From Mobula hypostoma (lineage: Eukaryota): a stretch of DNA of 64,000 nt. Shown here one piece after another: positions 50,030 to 62,870 of this stretch; position 1 is the stretch's first letter, and each line of letters starts with the position of its first letter. Both the position numbers and the translations under genes were made by a program. The notes beneath the pieces were generated by a model. That model made no database searches. It saw nothing but the letters and a program-made list of their open reading frames with translations, and was not told the origin of the DNA. Where the stretch lies: NCBI RefSeq assembly GCF_963921235.1, contig NC_086107.1:102798001-102862000 (forward strand), read 5' to 3'.

Positions 50030-51060
50030 TAGAAACATCGAAACATAGAAAATAGGTGCAGGAGTAGGCCATTCGGCCCTTCGAGCCTGCACCGCCATTT
50101 ATTATGATCATGGCTGATCATCCAACTCAGAACCCAGCCTTCCCTCCATACCCCCTGACCCCTGTAGCCACAAGGGCCATATCTAACTTCCTTTTAAACA
50201 TAGCTAATGAACTGGCCTCAACAGTTTGCTGTGGCAGAGAATTCCACAGATTCACCACTCTCTGTGTGAAGAAGTTTTTCCTAACCTCGGTCCTAAAAGG
50301 CTTCCCCTCTATCCTCAAACTGTGACCCCTCGTTCTAGACCTCCCCAACATCGGGAACAATCTTCCTGCATCTAGCCTGTCCAATCCCTTTAGGATCTTA
50401 TACGTTTCAATCAGATCCCCCCTCAATCTTCTAAATTCCAATGAGTACAAGCCCAGTTCATCCAGTCTTTCTTCATATGAAAGACCTGCCATCCCAGGAA
50501 TCAATCTGGTGAACCTTCTTTGTACTCCCTCTATGGCAAAGATGTCTTTCCTCAGATTAGGGGACCAAAACTGCACACAATACTCCAGGTGTGGTCTCAC
50601 CAAGGCCTTGTACAACTGCAGTAGTACCTCCCTGCTCCTGTAGTCGAATCCTCTCACTATAAATGCCAGCATACCGTTCGCCTTTTTCACCGCCTGCTGT
50701 ACCTGCATGCCCACTTTCAATGACTGGTGTATAATGACACCCAGGTCTCGTTGCACCTCCCCTTTTCCTAATCGGCCACCATTCAGATAATAATCTGTTT
50801 TCCTATTTTTGCCACCAAAGTGGATAACTTCACATTTATCCACATTAAATTGCATCTGCCATGAGTTTGCCCACTCACCCAACCTATCCAAGTCACCCTG
50901 CATCCTCTTAGCATCCTCCTCACTGCTAACACTGCCACCCAGCTTCGTGTCATCCGCAAACTTGGAGATGCCGCATTTAATTCCCTCATCCAAGTCATTA
51001 ATATATATTGTAAACAACTGGGGTCCCAGCACTGAGCCTTGCGGTACCCCACTAGTCACT
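50030..51060 (-). mobile_element. CR1 LINE, 5'-truncated, ORF2 C-terminus open
   Basis: 310-aa ORF with SGVPQGSVLGPQLF, KFADDTKL and LVRPHLEYCVQFWSP; short tandem-repeat tail. Confidence 0.95.
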
Positions 51061-51558
51061 AGTCATGTTTCTCTGCAGGGAGTGCATTTCAGATGAAAAT
51101 ATATATAAAAAAAACAGCTGGAAATCTGAAATTAAAACAGAAAATTCTGTGAGTACAGAGCTTGTATGATCCTGCTAGAATAAAAGGCAAGGGTAACAGG
51201 TTTAGGGAACACACACAAAACGCTGGAGGAACGCAGCAGGCCAGGCAGCATCAAGGGAAATTAATAAACAATTGACGCTTCGGGCCGAGACCCTTTGTCA
51301 GGATGGAGAGGGAAGGAGGAAGATGGATTGCTTTCGATTTCCAGCATCTGCAGGCTTCCTTGTGTTTAAGGGTCAGGGAATCTTGATTTTTGAGAGATAT
51401 TGAGGTCCTGGTTAAGAAGAAGAAGGAGGTACATAGCAGGTATAGGCAGCAGGGAACAAGTGAGGTAGTTGAAGCATATAAGAACAACAAGAGAACACTT
51501 GAGATAGAAATCAGGAGGATTAAAAGAAGGTATGAGGTTGCTCTTCTGATAGAGATTC

Positions 51559-51784
51559 TGTAGGGTTTTTAATATTTCAGTAATATTGTAAATATATTGG
51601 TTGATTAAGCATTCTTTGTTTACATAATTCATGATGGTTTATATGTAGAAGTAAGTGAATGGCATACGTCATTATGTCACCAGGTCACGCGTGAGCGCCT
51701 CACTAAAGAAAAACTAAGTAGACAAGTTATCCCAAGCTCCTGTGATTTTCTTTCGATTAGTTTCTGGCTTTACAAACCATAATA
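51559..51784. mobile_element. Short solo LTR inserted in a CR1 remnant
   Basis: Starts TGTAG and ends ATAATA (expected CA is absent); 5-bp TSD GATTC at 51554-51558 and 51785-51789. Confidence 0.55.
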
Positions 51785-53329
51785 GATTCCTAAGGGTTTT
51801 CTATTAAGAGCAAAAGGATGGCAAGGGACAAAATTGGTCCTCTGGAAGAGGATGGAGCTGAAAGAGATGGGGAAGATCTTAAATGAAATTTTTGCGTCTG
51901 TGTTTGCTCAGGAGACAGATGCAAGAGTCTATTGAACTGAGGTAAAACAGCATTGAGGTTGTGGCCCCTATACAGATTACAGAGGAGGAGGTGCTTGCTA
52001 GGGTGGATAAATCCCCAGGGCCTAACAAGGTGTCTCTCAGACTTTGTGGGAAGCTAGAAATTGCAGAGGCCCTAGCAGAAGCGTTTAAAACATCCTTAGG
52101 CATGGATGAAGTGCCCCTGGATTGGAGCTTAGCTAATGTTGTTCTGTTGTTTAAGAAAGATTTAGGAATAAGCTGGTAAATTACAGTTCAAAGTTCAAAG
52201 TAACTTTATTGTCAAATTACATATACGTCATCATATACTACCCTGAGATTCATTTTCTTGCAGGCGTTTACAGGAAAATAAGGAAATACAATAGAATTTA
52301 TCAAAAACTATACACAAACAAAGGCTAAAAATCAACCAATGTGCAAAAGAAGACAAATTGTGCAAAAAAAAATACTGAGAACACGAGTTGTAGAATCTTT
52401 GAAAGTGAGTCCATAGGTTGTGGAATCAGTTCAGGGTTGTGGTGAGTGAAGTTATCCACACTGAAGTTCTCTGCGTTCAGGGGCCTGATGGTTGAAGGGT
52501 AATAACTGCTCACGAACTCGGACGCGGGGTATCGAAGGCTCCTGTACCTCCTGCCTGATCGTGGTGGGGTTTTGCATACAGCACAGATTTGAGAAGAAAA
52601 AAATTGCAGCGATATAAAAACTTGGGTTAGACCACATTGGGGTATTGTGCCTTCTGGTTGGCCCGATACAGGAAGGATGCTGGGGCTTTGGAAAGAGCGC
52701 AGTCGAGGGTTACCAGGAGGGGCTATAGAACAGAGTGGACAAACTTGTTTCCTTTAGAGCATCAGAGACTAAGGGAAGACGTGATAGAAGTCATTATAAT
52801 TATGAGAGACACAGATAGGGTTGATAGGTAGAAAAGACAAGATCATGCATTTGAAATGGGAGGGCGGAAAATTCAAAGCAGACGTGCAGGTCAAGTTGTT
52901 TATACACAGAGAACGGAGGGCGCCTGGGGGAGTGATGGAAGCAGATCCGACAGGAGACATTTTAGACGGACACACGAACATGCAGAGAATGGAAGGGTGT
53001 GGATCCTGTGCAGATAGACGAGATTTAGTTTAATTTGGCTTTGTGGTTGGCACAGACATCATGGGCCTTTTCCTGTGCTGTAATGTTGGATGTCCCAAGT
53101 TGGAAACACTCAGCAGCTCAGGCAGCGTCTGTGAAGAGAGAAACACCGTTACCTTTCCAATCGAAGATCCTTTGTCATTTTCAGCATTCTTTTTTGCTTG
53201 TTTTTATTTGAGATTACCGGATTTCTCGCAATGAAACTCTTAAGCCAAATATTCTTTTATCTGCGGTATCAACATTCAGTTGTGAAGCGTTACAAAGTAA
53301 TTGCAAAGCAGAGAGCTCGCCTCAGTTAG

Positions 53330-53790
53330 GCATCTCCTTCTCGGGCTCTTAGCTCCCAGTCGAGCGTAGGCCATTGATGTCCTCCCGTCTTCATCATCCT
53401 CTGTCTTGAGCCAGTTTCTCAAGGGTGGACCAGGAGGGTCCCTCGTGTCTAATTTCAGCCTCAAACTCACTCCTCCATGTGTTTTTTTTTGGGTGCCATT
53501 TTTTTCCACTTCCATTCCATCCTGGCGATGTCGGTCGGCTTCCTCAAGGTGTGGCCGATCCAGTGTACTTCCATTTGCGTATTTGTATCTCGATGGATTC
53601 CTGGCTGGCGTTTTCCCCACGGCGTCTGGTTGATTATGTTGTCTGTCCATCCGATGTTTCAGATCCCTCTCAGGCTCTGGCTGATGAAAGCCTGCAGTTT
53701 TTGTGGGTCTTTGTCGTCATTCTCCAGCTTTCAGAGCCATGTAGAAGCACTGTTTTGAGAAAGTTTTTGCACTTGCAGCTTGTTTTGGGT
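53330..53790 (-). mobile_element. Decayed RTE-clade LINE C-terminal fragment
   Basis: Hand translation gives KTVLLHGSESWRMT and HWIGHTLRKPTDIAR, motifs typical of the RTE ORF C-terminus. Confidence 0.6.
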
Positions 53791-53809
53791 TAGGAGTGTG
53801 ATAAGAATA

Positions 53810-54909
53810 TGTTACGAACCAATTGGGATAGTTGTTATGTTTTTGGTGTATCTGTAAGATACTGTATGCGTGGGGTTTTGGGGCAGAAGGCGGGAGAGAG
53901 AGACAGAGGATGGACCAGGTGCTGTGAGTCCGCTACCGGGGTCGGACCCTAAGGAGGGCGTTCAGTGAGGAGAGGAGACGGAGATGGACTCATGTGGAGC
54001 GTCTGGTCGACCACCGTTGTTGGTCCCAGGCAGCCGGTCGAGGTGGTCCGAGGGGTCGCAGGGTGAAAAAGAAGGGTCCTGAGCTCCAACTGTTTGTGCA
54101 CGAAGAGATTGAACTTTGATAAGTGAGGCGCCTTTTATTTTCCTTTTATATTTTATTCTCTCTTAATTATATAGTTCCAGTAATATCTATAAACTGCAAA
54201 TCATTTAATCGTATCTGGTGTATTGTCTGTTATTTGGGCGGGGTGGGGTACATGACACAGCATCCACACAAACTAATTACCCAGTTTGGCGGGGCCGAGG
54301 GCTGTTTCCCTGGACGACAGTGAGCCGAGCGACCCTGAGGCTGGCCGGGGGGGGGCTACACTAATGTAGTGGCTTCAATGTAATGTTCCACTGTTAAGGT
54401 AATGGTTTCTCTGTAGCAGCAATGTTTGGGTTATGACTAGAGATAACGGGACTTTGGAATGTATGTTATCCAATGGGAAAAATGTTGTTCTTTCTTGTGT
54501 GTCTGGGAGCCAGGTTTTTCGCGGCCTTTCATCGGGGAGCGATGGAGAGAGCGGACGCGAATGGAGAGAGTCAGAAGACCACCAGACAGAGTGGACTGAG
54601 AAGCGAGGGTCCGAGGGCCGGCTAAGCTTGGAGGTTGATGGGAACAAATGAACGAACAGTGTGCTCCAACAATGCGCAATAGACTTTTTCCTTAAAATGG
54701 GCCCTTTTAGTTTTTATTTTCTTTACTAACCCTTTATTCAAATTAAGATTTATAAAGTTCAGTCAGTTAATTGCATATGGTGCACTGTCAGATATTTTTG
54801 CGGTGCAGATTTGTAACCGGGCAACACATCCTGCAGCATCCACAGAAACGAGATTTCTCAGTTTGGCAGGGCCTGGACGAACACGTTCTGGCCGAGACTG
54901 AGGGTTACA
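53810..54909 (-). mobile_element. Two adjacent related LTR-like units (53810-54360 and 54365-54909)
   Basis: Each has TG...CA termini (tgttac..ctaca; tgtagt..ttaca). They share tggtgYaYtgtc..cagcatccaca.aaac..cagtttggc.gggcc at equivalent positions. Confidence 0.45.
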
Positions 54910-56932
54910 ATGTTATTTCTGTTTTTGCATAATTTTAATCTATTCAATGTATGTATATTGTAATTGATTGATTGTTTGATTGATTATTATTTTTCCTTTT
55001 CTTCTGTATTATGTATTGCATTGAACTGCTGCTGCTGTTAACAAATTTCACGGCCCTTGCCACTGATAATAAATCTGATTCTGATCTGAGTTGGCTCAGT
55101 TAGACTACATTGGCTGCAGCCCCCGTGCTTCCAGGAAGCTTGGAAGGAAATGAACACAAGTTGCTTCATGGAGACACGAGGGACATGTTGGAACCTGGAG
55201 CAGTGAGCAATCTGCTGGAGGAGCTCTGGGGGTCGAGCGGCGTCCGCAGGGAAAGACCGCACCGCTTCTGGATCAGCGCTGGAAGCTGACTCCCGGCGCC
55301 CCTGCAGGCACCTGCTCACCTGCCAGTAAGCGATGGCCCCCGCGGACAGATTGCTTCTCCCAGCCCGTGCCAAGCGCAGCAGGGGTGCAAGAGTGGCACA
55401 GCCGGCAGAGCCGCTGCCTCGCAGCCCCGGCGACCTGGGTTCGGTCCTGACCTCCGGTGCTGTCGGTGTGGAGTTTGCACGTTCTCCCTGTGAACGCCGG
55501 GGTTGCTAGATAGTGCAATTTGAAGGGCCCGGAGACCCTATTCCGCACTGTATCTCAAGAAATAAATAACAGTGGATTTCCCCTGAGTGCTCCAGTTTTG
55601 TCCCACGTCCTGATGACGTGTGGAATCTAAATCAATTCGACCGTAAGACATAGGAGCAGATAGGCCATTCGGCCCATCAAGTCTGTCCCTGCTCCACCAT
55701 TCTATTTTGGCTGATTTATTATCACTCTCAGCCCCATTCTTCCGCCCTCTCTTCATAACCTTTGACGCCCTTACTAATCAAGAATCTATCAACCTCCATT
55801 TTAAATATGTCCAATAACTTGACCTGCACACCTGCCTGTGGCAATGAATTCCACAGATTCACCACCATCTGGGTAAAGAATTTCCTTCTCATCTCTGTTG
55901 TAAAGGGACGTCCTTGTATTCTAAGGCTGTGCCCTCTGGTCCTGGACTCCAGCAGTAAAGGAAACATCCTCTCCACATCCACTCTGTCTGGGCCCTTTCA
56001 ATTTTCCAAAGGTTTCAATGAAATCCCCCCCACCCCCACCACACATCCTTCTGCACGCCAGCAAGTACAAGCCCATAATGCTAACCCTTTCATTGCCAGA
56101 ATAATTCTCGTGAAACTCCTCTGGACCCTCCCCAACGTCAGCACAAACTTTCTTGGATAAGGAAACCTATGCTCCAATGATATGAAGTTGGGATGTTGCA
56201 ACTTTTTTAAAGCACTGATCAGACCGGTGGAGTATTGAGTAAAGTTCTGGTCATCCACACCACAGTAAGGAATGGATTGCTCTGGAGAGGGTGCAGATGA
56301 GATTCACCTAGAACGGAGGACATTACTTATGGGGAGAGATTAGATCACCTGGGGCTTGTTTTCTCGGGAACAACAGAGACTGAGGAGTGACTTGCTAGAA
56401 GTTTATAAAATTGAGGCAAAGATAGGCTAGAAGGGTAGACGGTCAGATTTTTTTTACCAGTTCCTTCATTGTGTGCTGTGTCATATGGCATGGGCAATCA
56501 TGGTCTTTCCATCTAAAATGGGAAACATTACATTTGCAAGTGTAGTTTGTTACAGCCTGTCTCCCTGCAGAGTGGAGCTGTACTCTTCTGCTTGTCATTC
56601 TTGCTGAGGAGGACCTCCTATGATGCCTAGATTGAGAAAGGCCATCTTGGGAAGAATTTATAAACATATTTGACAGGGAACCTTTGCCCTGAGAAGCAGC
56701 TGTGATTGTTTTCTTTACAGTACAAGTGCCTAAGGGGAGATTCAGCCGAGGTGTACGTGACAATGGAGAGGTTTACGTCGGCAGAACACACTTCCTCCAT
56801 CGCTAACCAGAGGACACCTTTATTCTTTCTTGCTGACTGATTTCTCAATCCTTGACCTGATTTCACAACCTACAGATTCACTTTCGTGGTTGCTACAACT
56901 TACGTTCTCAGTATTATTTGTATATGGTGACA

Positions 56933-57510
56933 TGCACTCCGTGGCAGCTTTATTAGGTAGCTCCTGTACCTAATACAGAGGCCACTTGAGTGTACATTCG
57001 TGGTCTTCTGCTGCTGTAGCTCGTCCGCTTCAAAGTTCAAAGTGTTGTGCGTCCAGAAATGTTCTTCTGCACCCCACTATTGTAACGTGTGGTTATTTGA
57101 GTTACTGTCACCTTCCTGTCAGCTTGAACCAGTCTGGACATTCTCCTCTGACCTCTCTCATTAATAAGGCATTTCACCTACAGAACTGCCACTCACTGGA
57201 TTTTTTTTTGATTTTTGCACCATTCTCTGTAAACTCTAGAGACTGTTGTGTCTGAAAATCCCAGGTGATCAGCGATCAGTTTCTGAGATACTCAAACCAC
57301 CCCGTCTGGCACCAACAATCATTCTATGGTCAAGGTCACTTAGATCACATTCTTTCTCCATTCTGGTGTTTGGTCCGAACAACAACTGAACCTCTTGACC
57401 AAGGCCACATGCTTTTATGCATTGAGTTGCTGCCACATGATTGGCTGATTAGATATTTGCATTAACGAGCAAGTGTACAGGTGTACCTAACAAATTAGCT
57501 GCTGAATGTA
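56933..57510 (-). mobile_element. Tc1-like non-autonomous element
   Basis: Degenerate TIRs cactccgtggcagctttattaggta.. / ..tacctaacaaattagctgctgaatgta; interior homologous to 18870-19340. Confidence 0.7.
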
Positions 57511-58739
57511 TGGTTTTTATTTGCATGATTTGTCTTCTTTTCCGCATTGGTTGTTTGTTAGTCGTTCTTCATGTATAGTTTTTCATAAATTCTATATTAC
57601 TTATTTATTTTCCTCTGAAAGCCTGCAAGAAAATGGATCTCAAGATGGAGTCTGTGGAGATTCGGCCAGATGTCTAAAACTCTGACGAACTTCTATAGAT
57701 GTGCAGAGGAGAGTACACTGACTGGCCTCATCACGACCTGGTATGGAGACATCAATGCTCTTGAATGGAAGATCCTACGAAAGGTAGTCGATTCGGCCCA
57801 GTCTATCATGGGAAAAACCCTCCCAACCACATCAAACACCGCCATCGAAGAGCAGCATCCAGCATTAGGGACCCCCCACCTCCCAGGCTATGCTCTCTTC
57901 TCATCACTACCATCGGACAGAAGGTCAGGTTCAGGACCAGTTAATGCTCTATAACCAGCAGGCTCCTGAACTGGTGTGGGTAACTTCTGTCATCACAACT
58001 CAGAACTGATTCTACATCCTACAGACCTACTTTCAAAGACTGTCTACACAGTTTGTCTCCTTTTCTACATTTAGGCATTTGTTTGTGTACAGTTTCTCAT
58101 AAGTTCTATTGTATTTCTTCTTTTATCCTACAAATGATAAGCCGGCGGGAGGAGAAGATGGCAGTGCGACGCAGCGCGCGCAGCTCTCCGGTGAAATGAT
58201 ATCGTATCTGTTAAATAGGGGCCGTGGAAAAAATGCTCAAACAGCGAGTGCTGGAGAGAGAACTTCCCGGTTTTCCCGATCCGGGGTTGGTTGAATCCGC
58301 GCATGCGGAACCAGCAGATAAGGAGGGCCGACTGTATTGACTGGATGCATCACGGCCTGGTATGGAAACACCAATCCCTTGAACAGAAAATCCTACAAAA
58401 GTTAGTGGATACAGCCCAATCCATCACGGGTAAAGCCCCCCACCCCCCCCCCGCCACCAACACTGAGCACATTTATACGAAGCGCTGTTGCAGGAAAGCA
58501 ACATCCATCATCAGGGATCTCCACCACCCAAGACATGCTCTCTTCTTGCTGCTGCCATCAGAAAGAAGGTACAGGAGCCTCAGGACACATACTACCGGGT
58601 TCAGGAACAGTTATTACTCCTCAACCATCAGCCCTTTGAACCACAGGGGATAAATTCACTTGCCCCATCATTGAAATGCTCCTACAACCTATGGACTCAC
58701 TCTCAAGGACTCTTCAATTTCATGTTTTTGATATTTATG

Positions 58740-59710
58740 AACAAAGAACATAGAACATAGAATAGTACAGCACAGTACAGGCCCTTCGGCCCACAATGTT
58801 GTGCCGACCCTCAAACCCTGCCTCCCATATAACCCCCCTCACCTTAAATTCCTCCATGAACCTGTCTAGTAGTCTCTTAAACTTCACTAGTGTATCTGCC
58901 TCCACCACTGACTCAGGCAGTGCATTCCATGCACCAACCACTCTCTGAGTAAAAAACCTTCCTCTAATATCCCCCTTGAACTTCCCACCCCTTACCTTAA
59001 AGCCATGTCCTCTTGTATTGAACAGTGGTGCCCTGGGAAAGAGGAGCTGGCTATCCACTCTATCTATTCCTCTTATTATCTTGTACACCTCTATCATGTC
59101 TCCTCTCATCCTCCTTCTCTCCAGAGAGTAAAGCCCTAGCTTCCTTATTCTCTGATCATGATCCATACTCTCTAAACCAGGCAGCATCTGGTAAATCTCC
59201 TCTGTACCCTTTCCAATGCTTCCACATCCTTCCTATAGTGAGGCGACCAGAACTGGACACAGCACTCCAAGTGTGGCCTAACCAGAGTTTTATAGAGCTG
59301 CATCATTACATCGCGACTCTTAAACTCTATCCCTCGACTTATGAAAGCTAACACCCCATAAGCTTTCTTAACTACCCTATCTACCTGTGAGGCAACTTTC
59401 AGGGATCTGTGGACATGTACCCCCAGATCCCTCTGCTCCTCCACTCTACCAAGTATCCTGCCATTTACTTTGTACTCTGCCTTGGAGTTTGTCCTTCCAA
59501 AGTGTACCACCTCACACTTCTCCAGGTTGAACTCCATCTGCCACTTCTCAGCCCACTTCTGCATCCTATCAATGTCTCTCTGCAATCTTTGACAATCCTC
59601 TACACTATCTACAACACCACCAACCTTTGTGTCGTCTGCAAACTTGCCAACCCACCCTTCTACCCCCACATCCAGGTCATTAATAAGAACCACGAAAAGT
59701 AGAGGTCTTT
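58740..59710 (-). mobile_element. CR1 LINE 3' fragment with one frameshift
   Basis: ORFs 59172-59693 (KFADDTKVGG..LVRPHLECCVQFWSP) and 58735-59187 overlap; (TTCTATG)n tail. Confidence 0.92.
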
Positions 59711-60830
59711 AAATATCTCCTAGATAAGTAAATGGACAGGTGAGGGTTCGAAGTCTCTGGAGCAAAGACAGGCCGGTGGGAGCAGCTGACTGGGCAACAC
59801 AATTATCATGGATGAGTTGGACTTAAAGCCTGTTTCCTGCTGTACGACAGTATGAGAGGGAGGGGGAGGGCAGAGGAGAGAGAGGGGGAAGATAGTGGGG
59901 GCAGAGGAGAGTGAGAGGGAGTGGAGGAAAGAGGGAGGAGGGTAGAGGAGAGAGGAGGGGAGTGCAAATGAAGCAAAGTAGAGAGGGCAGGAGAGCAGAG
60001 CAGAGAGGAGTGGTGGGAAAAGGGAGTAAGGCAGAGAGGGAGTAGGCTAGGCCTGAGATTGAGTAAATTGAAGGGAAGGGGAGGGGGAGGGGGATGGAGA
60101 GGGAGAGAAAGGGGATGTGGAAGGGAAAAGGGAGATAAGAGAAGGGGGTGGGGAGGGGAGGGAAGGGGAGAGGAGGGGGAAGGAAGGGAACAGAAGGGGA
60201 GGGCAGAGGGAGAGACGGAGAGGGAGAGGGAGAAGGAGGGGGTGCGGAGGGAGGGGGGAGGGGAGGGGATGAGGGGGAGAGAGAGAAAGGACATGAATAA
60301 GGTGATTGAACAAGGAAGGAAAACGAGATCAAGGACGAATCAGCTGGAGGGAAGCAGGAGGCAGAAAGTGAGGGGAAGGAGGGGGAAGGGAAACAAGATA
60401 GTCATGGAGGTGGGATAGAGAGACGGAGGCAGTGGGATGAAAAGGAGAGAGCAACGCAGCCTCACTGAATGTGGGCAGAGAGGGAGAGAGATGGAGGGAA
60501 AGAAGAGGCAGGAGAGAAGGAAGGAGAGAGTTAATACATTGTAGCTCCATGAGCCAGCGGCCTATCACCAGCAGGGAAGCTGTGAATGGGGGAGACTGTA
60601 AATCAGGCAGCGTTGTATTTATAGATTCTGCATTCAGTTCAGTCATAAAGCTTTTCTGTGTAGTTTGAGGAGAGCCCTCAGCCCTCGGTGCTGGAGTCAT
60701 TAAAATTCCAGCATTTAGTTATGCACTTTTACTGTTCCCCTTCCTCTTAACCAAGATATAGGATGGGCCAGCCCTGAAGAGACACACACAAAACACTGGA
60801 GGAGCTCAGCAGGTCCTGGAAAAGAGTAAA

Positions 60831-60868
60831 CAGTCGACGTTTCGGGCCGAGACCCTTCATCAGGACTG
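60831..60868 (-). ncRNA. Minimal type I hammerhead ribozyme motif
   Basis: Reverse complement reads cagtcCTGATGAagggtctcggcccGAAACGTCgactg. Confidence 0.75.
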
Positions 60869-61385
60869 GGAAAGAAGGGGGACGATTTTAGTTGGTCTGT
60901 GATTTTCATGGGCCAAGAGAGGGAACTTAAACCACTCTCAGTGCGGTCAGGGCATTCACCTTAATAATTGGATCGCATTGGTATAGCACGGACATGATGG
61001 GCTGAAGGGTTTGTTTCTATCCGCTAGCATATAATATGCATTATATGATGTGAACGTCAGGTAGCAGAACCATCAGACTCAATATAGTTTCTATCCCACT
61101 GTTAGTAAGCGCTTATAAAATAAATGATTTTATTTTTTTATTAAGCCACGGTAACAGCCTTTTCCAGCCCAGCTTTTCAATTGCACCCATGTGACCAATT
61201 AACCTACTAATTCGCACATCTTAGAGAGGGTGGCATGGTATCTTAGCGGTTAGCGTAATGCTTTACAGAGCCAGCGGTCAAAATTTCAGGATTCAATTCC
61301 CACCACTTGTACGTTCTCCCCTGAGAATGTGTGGGTTTCCTTCGAGTACTGTAGTTTCCTCGCACTTACCAAACAATGTACAGTT

Positions 61386-61812
61386 ATATAACCATATAAC
61401 AATTACAGCACGGAAACAGACCATCTCGGCCCTTCTAGTCCATGCCGAATGCTTACTCTCACCTAGTCCCACCGACCTGCACTCAGCCCATAACCCACCA
61501 TTCCTTTCCTGTCCATATATCTATCCAATTTAACTTTAAACGACAACATCGAACCTGCCCCAACCACTTCTGCTGGAAGCTCGTTCCACACAGCTACCAC
61601 TCTCTGAGTAAAGAAGTTCCCCCTCATGTTACCCCTAAACTTTTGCCCTTTAACTCTCAACTCATGTCCTCTTGTTTGAATCTTCCCCACTCTCAATGGA
61701 AAAAGCCTATCCACGTCAACTCTATCAATCCCCCTCATAATTTTAAATACCTCTATCAAGTCCCCCCTCAACCTTCTACGTTCCAAAGAATAAAGACCCA
61801 ACTTGTTCAACC
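61386..61812 (-). mobile_element. CR1 LINE 3' end; a near-identical copy starts at ~63799 and runs off the window
   Basis: LGLYSLERRRLRGDLIEVFKIMRG..FFTQRVV; identical tail atataaccatataacaattacagcacggaaac at both sites. Confidence 0.88.
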
Positions 61813-62242
61813 TTTAGGGTTAGTCAGTTGTGGTGGCGCTTACAGGCTGCCCTGTGTTGGCCATTGACACAAACAATGCAATCCCACCGTGTGTTTCAAA
61901 GACTCGAAGTCTCAAAGTGCATTTATTATCAAAGAATGTATAAATTATACAACCTTGAGATTTGTCTGCTTAACAGGCAGTCGCAAAACAAGGAACCCGA
62001 AAGAAAACAATTAAAAAGAAAGACCAACTCCAGTGTCTACAGAGAAAGAAAAAAAACACAAATCACATAAACAATGGAAGCAACAACAAAAACATTCCGA
62101 CCCAGACTGTGTCCTTTGATCCAAATCCCCGGCGTAGACCCAAAGCTAATCTTTTGGGCCGTGGGAGGAAAACCACATCAGAATCGGGTTCATTATCACC
62201 AGCATGTGTCATGAAATTTGTTAACTTAGCAGCAGCAGTTCA

Positions 62243-62870
62243 TAGTCATAGTCATACTTTATTGATCCCAGGGGAAATTGGTTTTCGTTACAGTTGCACC
62301 ATAAATAATAAATAGTAATAGAACCATGAATAGTTAAATAGTAATACGTAAATTATGCCAGTAAATTATGAAATAGGTCCAGGACCAGCCTATTGGCTCA
62401 GGGTGTCTGACCCCCCAAGGGAGGAGTTGTAAAGTTTGATGGCCACAGGCAGGAATGACTTCCTATGACGCTCTGTGCTGCATCTCGGTGGAATGAGTCT
62501 CTGGCTGAATGTACTCCTGTGCCCACTCAGTACATTATGTAGTGGATGGGAGACATTGTCCAAGATGGCATGCAACTTGGACAGCATCCTCTTTTCAGAC
62601 ACCACCGTCAGAGAGTCCAGTTCCAACCCCACAACATCACTGGCCTTACGAATGAGTTTGTTGATTCTGTTGGTGTCTGCTACCCTCAGCCTGCTGCCCC
62701 AGCACACAACAGCAAACATGATCGCACTGGCCACCACAGACTCGTAGAACATCCTCAGCATCGTCCGACAGATGTTAAAGGACCTCAGTCTCCTCAGGAA
62801 ATAGAGACGGCTCTGACCCTTCTTGTAGACAGCCTCAGTGTTCTTTGACCAGTCCAGTTTATTGTCAATT
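62243..62870 (-). mobile_element. Rex1/Babar-type LINE 3' fragment
   Basis: MFYESVVASAIMFAVVCWG..KLIRKASDVVG..HPLH..RKSFLPVAIKLYN; (ACTATG)n tail. Confidence 0.85.
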
